Assembly: GCA_963662545.2 (NCBI GenBank)
Contig: CAXXLL010000002.1
Span: 1,984,001 to 2,048,000, forward strand
Source of the DNA: Gammaproteobacteria bacterium
GTDB lineage: Bacteria; Pseudomonadota; Gammaproteobacteria; Ga0077536
Direction: 5' to 3'
Length of the DNA: 64,000 nucleotides
This document shows positions 9,878 to 18,205 of the stretch, piece by piece; the stretch's first letter is position 1, and each line of letters begins with the position of its first letter. The position numbers were made by a program, and so were the translations under genes. The notes below the pieces were generated by a model. It searched no databases. It was given only the letters and a program-made list of their open reading frames with translations, and was not told the origin of the DNA.

Positions 9878-11137
9878 TCAGAATTTGACGGGAATACGCG
9901 TCCATTCGCCATCCCTGAACCGGATGGCGGTTGCGCGTCCGCCCGTGACCACCATCGATCCATCGGGCATCGCGATGGGCGTCTTCAGCCACGACAGGAG
10001 ATTCAATACCGTTCGATCGGCGAGCTGCCACTCGCCACCGTCCAGCAGGCCGATGAGACCGACCGCACCCGCGATGACGGGTTTCTCGTCATCGCCGATC
10101 GTAACCCCGAAAATACCTTCGCGACCCGAACTGGGATTATCCGACCAGGTCTCGCCGCCGTCGTGGCTCACCTGACTCACGCCGCCGGCACCGGTCAGCC
10201 ACATCTCATCGCCTTTTTGAACGCCGGCGAGCCAGTAAGCGGGTTCCGGTTCGTGGGGTACGATCTCGGTATCCCGTCTCACCCAGGTCGCGCCATTGTC
10301 CTCGCTTTGCAGGATCATGCCGAATTCACCGGCAATGGTCACCTTACCGGATTCCACCAGGACGACATTCCACGATACGTCGCCGGGCCGGAACGGCGGA
10401 CCGGGATTGAAATCGAGTTCGATCGTCGCCGGCGGGTCCTGGTCAAGTGGTGTGCTGACCTGCACGAATCCTGTGTCCGCAAGTACTTCGTAATGAGCGG
10501 GCGTCTCCGCGGGTTTACCGCCGACCGTAGCGCTGAACTTGATCGAATCGAGTTTCAGGTTACTGATGCCCAGATACCAATCCGCCTCGTGGTCGCCGAC
10601 AAACCTCACCTGGGGCTGCTTGACCTCGCTTTCCGTGATGTCGACGATTTCGAATTCCCTGCCGTCCGTACTCCTGGCCAGTAAACCGCGCCCGCCTACG
10701 GCCCATACATTACCGCCTTCGGCCGAGATATCGAGTACGGGCTCATTGTATTCCGACAATGCCGCGATGAATTCGATGGTCTTGCCATCGAACCAATAGA
10801 CACGGCCGGTCGACGACCCGATCAGCACGTCGGTATCGGACATTTTTCCAAGCGCGGTGAAATCTTCATTGGGGACGTCTGCGATGAGATGGAGTTGCGC
10901 GGAGGACTCACCGACCTCGAGCGTGCCGACGAGACCGTGATGGCCCGTGACGACGATGCGCTCGAGCCCCGGCAGGTAGGCTGCATCGAGAAAATCAGTC
11001 CGCTGCACCGAGCGTTTCGTTGCAGTCGACGCGCCGCCATAGGCAAGGGTAAGTGCCGGGACCAGGCCCATCAACGCGAGCAGAACCAGGGCCCCGGAAA
11101 AAGATCGTAATCGGTTTGCAATCATCGCCTCAGCCAT
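9878..11137 (-). CDS. YCF48/BNR-repeat beta-propeller exported protein
   Basis: N-terminal signal peptide; repeats WAVGGRGLLARSTDG, AGEFGMILQSEDNGATW, SHDGGETW. Confidence 0.85.
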   Translation of the reverse strand: MAEAMIANRLRSFSGALVLLALMGLVPALTLAYGGASTATKRSVQRTDFLDAAYLPGLERIVVTGHHGLVGTLEVGESSAQLHLIADVPNEDFTALGKMSDTDVLIGSSTGRVYWFDGKTIEFIAALSEYNEPVLDISAEGGNVWAVGGRGLLARSTDGREFEIVDITESEVKQPQVRFVGDHEADWYLGISNLKLDSIKFSATVGGKPAETPAHYEVLADTGFVQVSTPLDQDPPATIELDFNPGPPFRPGDVSWNVVLVESGKVTIAGEFGMILQSEDNGATWVRRDTEIVPHEPEPAYWLAGVQKGDEMWLTGAGGVSQVSHDGGETWSDNPSSGREGIFGVTIGDDEKPVIAGAVGLIGLLDGGEWQLADRTVLNLLSWLKTPIAMPDGSMVVTGGRATAIRFRDGEWTRIPVKF

Positions 11138-11282
11138 TCGGAATAAATTTGAGTTGAATTCACAATTGGGATTCCAAGTCGCGCATCATAGGCGACCTGG
11201 GTGACTCCCCCCCGCGGACAGGCGCGCTAAAATAGCAATAACACCGCATGCGACACAAGACCGAACGGTTGGCCGTGCGTCG

Positions 11283-11828
11283 TCAAGCTTGGTTGACGCT
11301 GCCGTAGCGTCCGCGGTAATAGAGCAGGGGCTCGGTTTCCGCCGAGTCATTGGCGAAGACGTGCTCGACCTCGCCGCAGAAGATCTGATGATCCCCGCCA
11401 GCCACCACTTCACTCACCTTACATTCAATCGATAGCAGGGTGTTGGCGAGAATGGGCGCCCCGGTCCTTCCGCCGGCATATTCTACACCCGAAAATTTAT
11501 CGTTCCCCTTTTTGGCAAAGCGGTTCGACAGTTCCTGCTGCGCCTGCGTCAGGACGTTGACGCAAAATACCCGGCTGTCCAGCATCGCCTTCAGCGTGTC
11601 GGACCCGTTGTCAACACACACCAGAAACATCGGCGGATCGAGCGACAGCGAAGTGACCGCGTTCATCGTGAGGCCAAACGGTTTTCCGTCCGTATCGACG
11701 GTGGTGACGATCGACACGCCGGAAGCCCACAGGCCGCAGGCGGTTCTGAAATCATCCGAACTGATCACGCTGTCACCCTTGCGAAACTCTTCTTTTGGGG
11801 TTGATCCGAGGCTCACCTTGCCGTTCAC
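11283..11828 (-). CDS. flavin reductase family protein (HpaC/RutF-like)
   Basis: FRTACGLWASGVSIVTT, GLTMNAVTSLSLDPP, GGDHQIFCGEV, PLLYYRG; start uncertain. Confidence 0.92.
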   Translation of the reverse strand: MNGKVSLGSTPKEEFRKGDSVISSDDFRTACGLWASGVSIVTTVDTDGKPFGLTMNAVTSLSLDPPMFLVCVDNGSDTLKAMLDSRVFCVNVLTQAQQELSNRFAKKGNDKFSGVEYAGGRTGAPILANTLLSIECKVSEVVAGGDHQIFCGEVEHVFANDSAETEPLLYYRGRYGSVNQA

Positions 11829-11890
11829 GCTGCTTTAAAAACCACGCGGCTCGCCGCCATAAGTTTGAGCCGTTGTGCGATCGGCACCCG

Positions 11891-11898
11891 TAAATTTT
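11891..11898. repeat. 8-bp target-site duplication TAAATTTT (left copy)
   Basis: Identical to 15051-15058; both copies directly abut the TIRs. Confidence 0.93.
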
Positions 11899-11932
11899 GG
11901 GACTTATATACGTGTTTACCCAAGGGCAGAAT

Positions 11933-12106
11933 TCAACCGTCCTTTGATTTTCGCGTCTTCACTGACTTCATGTAATTCCATTTCTTCTTGGGTGGGCCTC
12001 TCATAATCGAGCGCGCGATGTTTTCGGCCGTGTCGGGGATTGGCTCAGGCATCGTGTTCTTGACTGGACGACCACGGCTGCGCTTTTTGGCCGGTTCTAT
12101 AGTCAT
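11933..12106 (-). CDS. 57-aa basic protein with AT-hook-like motif (absent from the ORF track)
   Basis: MTIEPAKKRSRGRPVKNTMPEPIPDTAENIARSIMRGPPKKKWNYMKSVKTRKSKDG; ATGA overlap with the upstream stop; ends just inside the TIR. Confidence 0.7.
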   Translation of the reverse strand: MTIEPAKKRSRGRPVKNTMPEPIPDTAENIARSIMRGPPKKKWNYMKSVKTRKSKDG

Positions 12107-13396
12107 GTTGCGCTCCCTGTCGCCATGTAGCCCTTACGCTTGTTCTCCCGCCGCAATCCCGATAGCGTATAGATATTGCTCTTGAGTCGGTTGCACGGGC
12201 CACACAGTAGAATGCGATTCGAGACGTGGTTGATCCCGCCGTCGGCGCGGGGCGTGTTGTGATCCAGTTCGAGGTAGCGCGGATCGTCAAACCCACGGTC
12301 GCAGCCATGACAGCGCGGGCCATGCTGGCCTAGCAGAAAGTCGTACATTTCGGCGCGGCTCAGGCGCTGGCCTTCCGGCTCCCGTACACTTTCCTTCACG
12401 CGCAGGAACGGTGCTGCGGTCTCGCCATCATCCGTGCGGGCCGGCGGATCGGCGGTGAACGTTACGTCACCGAATAGTCCCGTGGCATCCCTCAGGCGGT
12501 CCACAACGACCTCATGGGCCTTCTCCCATATGTCCATGCCAACCCACTGCCTTTGCAGTCTCTCGGCGGCCACAAGCGTGGTGGCGCATCCCGCGAACGG
12601 GTCAAGAACTATGTCGCCGGGGTTGGAACTGGCGCGGATCATCCGCTCATAGAGCGCTAGCGGCTTCTGTGTTGGGTAGCCGACCCGTTCACTGGCCATC
12701 CCGTTTATCGTTGGAATATCCCAAACATCTGCTGGCAATTTAAGAGACTTATCGGATGTCTTCGCCTTATCGGCCGCCATGGTCGCGCTCGCAGATCCTG
12801 TTTCCAGTCGCCGCAATACTTCATTTTCGCGCTTGTCCATGACTTCTTCCGCATTGAACGACCAGATTTTCCCCTTTGCGTAGATAAAGAATGAGATCGT
12901 GTTTTCGATTCCACCTTTTCGCCGTGTGGTAGCCCCACGAATACCGCCATACCAACTCATTCTGGAAATAGTTCTTGCCGAACACGGCGTCCATGAGTGC
13001 TTTTAGGTAATGCGAGGCGGTGGGATCGCAGTGGAGGTAAATACTCCCCGTAGGCTTCAACACCCGGCGCATGGCGAGCAACCGGACGGCCATGAAGCAA
13101 AGAAATGCCCCCATGTCGTCGCCATAGCTGGACCGTGAGCCTTGGATCATGTTCATAACACGAGGATGATCGTCGGCGATCTCATCCACCCATTCCTGAT
13201 GCACGTCCCTCTCCCACGACCAGCGATCTTGAAAGCGCGCCCCTGCGGCAAGGCTGTCTGGTGTTGCGTGGAAGTCACGCCCTTTGTTGAACGGCGGGTC
13301 CGTGGCGATGAGGTCCACGGACCCCGAATTCATGGCACGGAGGAAGGGCAGGTTATCGCCGTGGAACAGCGTCCGGTTGCGCCAGTTGGCAGTCAC
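12103..13396 (-). pseudogene. N6/N4 DNA methyltransferase (beta class) fused to C-terminal HNH nuclease; 1-bp frameshift near 12883-12886
   Basis: First frame has GDNL, DPPF, SIYLHCD; second frame has YPTQKP, LDPFAGC, CxxC...DH...GG...N..LCxxCN; removing one base joins KHDLIL to YAKG and gives about 430 aa. Confidence 0.88.
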
Positions 13397-14328
13397 GCGA
13401 CCAAATCCCTATAACGCAACCGCTTCCCGACCATGCTACGAGCAGCAGCCTCCATCTGGTCTATAGTGTCAGCGGGGCGATCATTATGGCGACCGGAGAA
13501 TTCACCAATGTAGCGGCCTAGGTGCTTCTCGCTCATATGGTGGTAAGTACCGTGATAACCGCGCTTCAACAGGCTCCAAAACGACTCTATCCCGTTGGTA
13601 TGCGCCATGCCGTTCACATACTCACTGATGCTGTGCTTCACGGTTTCATGCTCGAACGGCATACCCTGATATCCGCCGTGATCGTCGGTGTAAACCGTCG
13701 CGCCCTTGGCGGCGCGCTCGCCGACGAAGCCCTGTAGGGTCTTGGCGTCCGTGTTGCCAACCACAGTGGCGCTCACTGCGTTGGTCGCGCGGTCCTTGGC
13801 TCCGACGATGATGGCCTTGCCGACGCCACCACGGCCCGCCCGTAGCTTCTTGTTGGCGTGCTTGTTCTTTTCCTTGCCACCGATGAAGGTTTCGTCCACC
13901 TCGACCGGCCCCGCGAAAGGCGAGTCTGGGTCGCTCCACGACTCTCTGATCCGGTGCGCTAGGTGCCACGCGGTTTTCTGTGTGATGCCCAAGTCGCGGT
14001 GAAGCTTCATGCTGGACGTGCCTTTGATGCCCGTCATCATTAGGTAGATCGCCATCGCCCATATCTGAAAGCCGAGTTTTGATCCTTCCATAAGCGTGCC
14101 GAGCTTGACCGAAAAATCCTTGCGGCAATCTCGGCAGCGATAGGGCTGCGGCTTGCGCGTCGCGCGCTCCTGCACGTTAAGGGAGACACAGCACGGGCAG
14201 TGCGCGCCATCCGGCCAGCGCGCTTTGACAAACCATCGCTCGGCTGTTGCGTCATCGGGAAACATGCGGGTAAGTTCGATCAGCGTGAGGCCTTTGCGGT
14301 AGTGTTTCCCTGGTGCTTTATGTGCCAT
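13393..14328 (-). CDS. IS1595 family DDE transposase
   Basis: Zn ribbon CPCC...CRDC, HTH SSMKLHRDLGITQKTAW, VEVDETF, YTDD, HTNGIESFW; RBS AGGAGG. Confidence 0.96.
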   Translation of the reverse strand: MAHKAPGKHYRKGLTLIELTRMFPDDATAERWFVKARWPDGAHCPCCVSLNVQERATRKPQPYRCRDCRKDFSVKLGTLMEGSKLGFQIWAMAIYLMMTGIKGTSSMKLHRDLGITQKTAWHLAHRIRESWSDPDSPFAGPVEVDETFIGGKEKNKHANKKLRAGRGGVGKAIIVGAKDRATNAVSATVVGNTDAKTLQGFVGERAAKGATVYTDDHGGYQGMPFEHETVKHSISEYVNGMAHTNGIESFWSLLKRGYHGTYHHMSEKHLGRYIGEFSGRHNDRPADTIDQMEAAARSMVGKRLRYRDLVA

Positions 14329-14343
14329 GATCCTGCCTCCTAA

Positions 14344-14607
14344 TTATGGAAACAGTTTACCCAACCATCGACGGAATGTCAAGCGAAACGTGGGTTTTTC
14401 AGCGGGCCTCTTACCTATCTTCACAGTCATTTCCGGTGCATCGAACTTGGTATCGGCCTCAATCTTCGCGTCGAATTCGCGGTGTAGGTAATCCAGGATG
14501 CGATCCTGAGTGCGTTTAATCTCCTTATATCTGGAGCGGCTTAAATACATTTCCACGAACACCGCGATGAGGCTGATGACAAGGGCCGCAATTCCGATCC
14601 ACTCCAC
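14344..14607 (-). CDS. small membrane-anchored passenger protein (87 aa)
   Basis: N-terminal TM segment WIGIAALVISLIAVFV followed by a charged tail; GTG start. Confidence 0.6.
   Translation of the reverse strand: MEWIGIAALVISLIAVFVEMYLSRSRYKEIKRTQDRILDYLHREFDAKIEADTKFDAPEMTVKIGKRPAEKPTFRLTFRRWLGKLFP
14354..14382 (-). promoter_or_regulatory. sigma70-type promoter for the transposase operon
   Basis: TTGACA-17 nt-TAAACT on the minus strand, upstream of the AGGAGG RBS and ATG at 14328. Confidence 0.75.
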
Positions 14608-14613
14608 CCCTTG

Positions 14614-14631
14614 ATCATGGCAGCCTCACCC
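14614..14631 (-). repeat. 18-bp direct repeat, copy 2 (extended -10-like TGCCATGAT)
   Basis: GGGTGAGGCTGCCATGAT, 17/18 identical to 14992-15009; 6 nt before the GTG of the 87-aa ORF. Confidence 0.7.
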
Positions 14632-14985
14632 ACCGGGCACCAACCACCAAATCATTGCCAAAGTAATGAGCGCGGAAGACACGAAGAGGGTGAAAGCGGC
14701 GATTGGGCTTAAGCCGGGGTAACGAGATCTTGGTCCAGCTCTCTTATTCACTACGGCGCTGGATGTTGCGGGAGGAAACGCGGGGGAGGCGGAAGTCTCT
14801 CGATCGATGTAATGCACTATCAGCCAAAGAACAGCGCACAGAAAAGCCAATCCAAATGGGATCCATGGGGATACTTGCGGCAACATCACTTGGACCCCCC
14901 AGAGCACCAAGCCCAAGATAACACCGGGAAGGATAACCTTGACGGAATCCAGACTTCTTTTACATGTGACGCTGAATAGCCGCAC
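14626..14985 (-). CDS. small membrane passenger protein with about 3 TM segments (119 aa)
   Basis: Three hydrophobic stretches; GTG start 6 nt after the repeat motif. Confidence 0.55.
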   Translation of the reverse strand: MRLFSVTCKRSLDSVKVILPGVILGLVLWGVQVMLPQVSPWIPFGLAFLCAVLWLIVHYIDRETSASPAFPPATSSAVVNKRAGPRSRYPGLSPIAAFTLFVSSALITLAMIWWLVPGG

Positions 14986-14991
14986 GTCCCC

Positions 14992-15009
14992 ATCATGGCA
15001 GCCTCCCCC
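14992..15009 (-). repeat. 18-bp direct repeat, copy 1 (extended -10-like TGCCATGAT)
   Basis: GGGGGAGGCTGCCATGAT just inside the right TIR; 6 nt before the GTG of the 119-aa ORF. Confidence 0.7.
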
Positions 15010-15050
15010 CTACGCAGCCACGATCTTGGGTAGGCACGCATATAAGCCCC

Positions 15051-15058
15051 TAAATTTT
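15051..15058. repeat. 8-bp target-site duplication TAAATTTT (right copy)
   Basis: Identical to 11891-11898. Confidence 0.93.
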
Positions 15059-15166
15059 CCCGATAAAGGTCGCGGACGTTTGCAGGGCACCCGTGTCTCA
15101 CCCGTGTGTATTACGCGCCCGACGCGGACCGAATCTTCGTCACGAATGAACACAAGATATGGAAAA

Positions 15167-15196
15167 TACTACCGCGTTGTCCCGTAATAATCTTCA
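15167..15196 (+). repeat. degenerate solitary family-B MITE end
   Basis: tactaccgcgttgtcccgtaataatcttca vs tactagtgtgctgtcccgtaataaaccttca; no partner end seen. Confidence 0.5.
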
Positions 15197-15604
15197 ATCA
15201 AGTCGCCCGGCTCTCCGGCTGGTAGCCGGCGCGAAGCGGCGTCTTTATCCAGACATATTCGTCCGCAACACAATTCTGTCGGGTACAGAATTGGACGCGA
15301 AGCGCGCTCACAGGTTGAGCGCCAGGGATGGCGCAAATCCAATGTGGACCGCCGCAGGCGGGGGGGGCTTGGAGGCCATTGCCGGACGGCCTATTCGCGC
15401 CGATTTTGCCTGATTCCGTAATCGGCTTGGCGGACACCCCGACGATCGGGCCTTCGGGATCAAGCCATGGGTCAAAACCCTCGATGGCGATGCCGTTCGG
15501 TGTGCCTCTCGAGCCCTCATCGACGCAATCGAGGCGGCTGCAATGAACTTCCATTGACTAATGATTTGGCAGAACAGGCTTCAAATGATTTTTCAACAAG
15601 AAAT

Positions 15605-15624
15605 ATGTTGCGCCAATGCAACAT
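15605..15624. promoter_or_regulatory. palindromic operator-like site upstream of the MMPL gene
   Basis: ATGTTGC-N6-GCAACAT in an AT-rich stretch about 105 bp before the start. Confidence 0.4.
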
Positions 15625-15728
15625 GATCACTGTTTATCTTTTGCAACAACCATGTCAAAATCCGCGTTGCCGCGGACTGCAGCCGTTGTATTTACACGTC
15701 TGCACAGCGGAACCCAGGGGGAGAAGAC

Positions 15729-18170
15729 TTGCAACACGCCGAAGACGCCGTCAGAAGAGGCCAAAAGGTCGCGAACTGGGTTCTCGATCACCGGCTGATC
15801 ACGATCTTGTTCGTGCTCGTCCCCACCCTGATTCTCGCTTATGCGCTACCGTCGATCGAAGTGTATTCCCGCTTCGCGGATCTATTACCGGCGAAGCACA
15901 CCTACATCAAAAACTACAACCGGATGAAGCAAACCTTTGGCGGCGCCAATGTCGTCACCATGTCACTCGAAGTCGTGGGCGAAGGAGATATCTTCACGGT
16001 TGAAACGCTGAATAAAATAAAGCTCGTGACCCAAGAGGTCGACATCATTCAGGGCGTCAACCACTACCAGGTGGCGAGCATCGCGCATCCGAAGATCCGG
16101 CGTATCCGCACCACCTCGGGTGGTTTAATCAAATCCGAACCCGTCCTGCCACGGATTATCCCGACCGATCCGGAAGGCCTCAAGAAACTCCGGGAAGAAT
16201 CGTTCAACAACGACATCATTTACGGCACCTACATTTCGGCGGACGGCAAAGCAGCATTGATACTGGCCGGCTTCGACGAAGAACGCCTGGATTACAACAA
16301 GATCTTCACGCGCTTGCAGGAACTCAAGGCCGAAGTCGAAGCGAGCGGTACAACCAAGCTCTATGTCGCCGGTGAGCCGATGTTGAAGGGGTGGATCTAC
16401 TACCATTCGTCGGAACTGGCACTGATCTTCGGCATTACGTTCGGCGTGATGGTGCTGCTGCTCTTTCTGCACTTTAGGTCACTGGCCGGCGTCATCGTAC
16501 CGATGCTCGGCACCGGCATGGCCGCGATCTGGGGGCTGGGCCTGGTCGGGTGGTTGGGCTACAACCTCGATCCGCTGATTCTGGTCGTGCCGATCTTGAT
16601 CTCGGCGCGCACCGCGAGCCATTGCGTGCAGATGATGGAGCGCTACCACGACGAGATCCGCCTCGGCGCAACGCGCGACGCGGCCGTGCGCAAGAGCATG
16701 GGCGAGCTCATCGTACCGGCATCGATCGCCATTTTCACCGATGCCGGGGGGCTTTTGGTACTCGCCGTCTCCTCGATCCCGATCATTGCGAAACTCGGAA
16801 TTTTCTGCAGCTTCTGGTCTATGAGCAACTTGCTCACCGTGACCATACTGGTGCCCCTGATGTTGTCCTACCTGCCGGCGCCGAAGGTGAGTCGCGACGA
16901 AGAGCACAAGCACGTCTACGCGCGGATCATGGCGAGCTGGTCGGTGTTTCTGACCTCGCCAAAGGCATCCGTACCGATCTTCGGTTTTGCGGGCATTTTG
17001 ATTGTGATCGCTGTTTACTACGCCAAGGACGCGGTCGTGGGCGAGAACAAACCGGGATCGCCGATCCTTTTCCAGGAATCTGAATACAACCTTGCCGCCG
17101 CGAAAATCGCCGGCAAGTTCGCGGGCGCCAACCAGTTCAGCATCTATTTCGAGTCCGAAGAAGCCCACACGATGAAGAAACCCGAAGTCGTGGAGGTGAT
17201 GGAGGAATTCGGCCGCCACATGGCGAATACGATCAACTTTGGCGGCACCCGCGATATTCCGAACCTGGTGCGCTCGATCAACCGCCTGTATCACTATGAC
17301 GACCCACGCTGGTCGCTGGTGCCGTCAACGCAGCGCGACGTCGGCAATACCCTGTTCATGTACGAGGCAGGCGCGGCCATTCCGGGCGTCATTCTCGAGT
17401 ACATGGATCTCGAAGGCCGCACGGCGAACTTCGTCGTGTTCTTCAAGGACGCGACCGGGCCAACGGTATACGCAGCGATCGACGCCGCCGAGGAATTCCT
17501 CGAGGCGCATCCCATCGAGGGCGTCACGCCGCGCTTTGCGGGTGGCATCATCGGCACAACCGCGGCAGCGAACCAGGAAGTCGAGCAATCCGAATTACTG
17601 CAGACGCTCCTCATCATGGTCGTCGTCATGACCTCGGTGATGCTGACCTACCGTTCCGTGACCGCGGCCTTGCTGGTGTTCGTGGTACTGGCGATGGCCG
17701 TTTTGATCAACCGCGCCTACATGGGTTTTCGCGGCATCGGATTGAACGTCAACACGCTGCCGGTGACGGCCGTCGGTATCGGTATCGGCGTGGACTACGC
17801 GATCTACATGCTGGACCGCATCCGCGAGGAAGTGCGCCACCGCACCATCGACGATGCGGTACGGGTGGCGCTGTCGACGACGGGCGCGGCGGTATTGTTC
17901 ACCGCGGTCACCGTGGTCGCGGGTATTTTCTACTGGATTCCGGGTTCTTCACTGCGATTCAACAGCGAAATGGCGATGCTGCTGTCACTGCTCATGGTCA
18001 GCAACATGATCGGCGCCATCTCGCTGCTGCCGCTCCTGGTCAAAGTTTTCAAACCGAGCTTCGTGATGAAGACACACCTCGACGAAATGGATACGGGCGA
18101 CGAGGGCAGCCGCGCCGTCGAAGATTTATCGCTTGCACATCATGAGCATGAACCGGCCAAGGGCACCTGA
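15729..18170 (+). CDS. MMPL/RND-family (HAE3-like) transporter
   Basis: 813 aa, two repeats of periplasmic loop plus TM bundle; FGGANVV, LNVNTLPVTAVGIGIGVDYAIY. Confidence 0.93.
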   Translation: MQHAEDAVRRGQKVANWVLDHRLITILFVLVPTLILAYALPSIEVYSRFADLLPAKHTYIKNYNRMKQTFGGANVVTMSLEVVGEGDIFTVETLNKIKLVTQEVDIIQGVNHYQVASIAHPKIRRIRTTSGGLIKSEPVLPRIIPTDPEGLKKLREESFNNDIIYGTYISADGKAALILAGFDEERLDYNKIFTRLQELKAEVEASGTTKLYVAGEPMLKGWIYYHSSELALIFGITFGVMVLLLFLHFRSLAGVIVPMLGTGMAAIWGLGLVGWLGYNLDPLILVVPILISARTASHCVQMMERYHDEIRLGATRDAAVRKSMGELIVPASIAIFTDAGGLLVLAVSSIPIIAKLGIFCSFWSMSNLLTVTILVPLMLSYLPAPKVSRDEEHKHVYARIMASWSVFLTSPKASVPIFGFAGILIVIAVYYAKDAVVGENKPGSPILFQESEYNLAAAKIAGKFAGANQFSIYFESEEAHTMKKPEVVEVMEEFGRHMANTINFGGTRDIPNLVRSINRLYHYDDPRWSLVPSTQRDVGNTLFMYEAGAAIPGVILEYMDLEGRTANFVVFFKDATGPTVYAAIDAAEEFLEAHPIEGVTPRFAGGIIGTTAAANQEVEQSELLQTLLIMVVVMTSVMLTYRSVTAALLVFVVLAMAVLINRAYMGFRGIGLNVNTLPVTAVGIGIGVDYAIYMLDRIREEVRHRTIDDAVRVALSTTGAAVLFTAVTVVAGIFYWIPGSSLRFNSEMAMLLSLLMVSNMIGAISLLPLLVKVFKPSFVMKTHLDEMDTGDEGSRAVEDLSLAHHEHEPAKGT

Positions 18171-18205
18171 ACGGCGCTCGCGGTCATTACCAATACGGGG
18201 AAACC

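Larger units (their letters stand above)
11899..15050 (-). mobile_element. IS1595-family transposon with passenger genes (3152 bp)
   Basis: TIRs gggacttatatacgtgtttacccaag (11899-11924) and cttgggtaggcacgcatataagcccc (15025-15050), 22/26 identical; 8-bp TSD; intact transposase. Confidence 0.95.

Noticed and set aside
12870-12900. Programmed frameshift or phase variation in the MTase
   Set aside because: No slippery heptamer or simple-sequence tract at the inferred shift point
15159-15554. Short overlapping ORFs between the IS and the MMPL gene
   Set aside because: No RBS or recognisable protein features; probably intergenic
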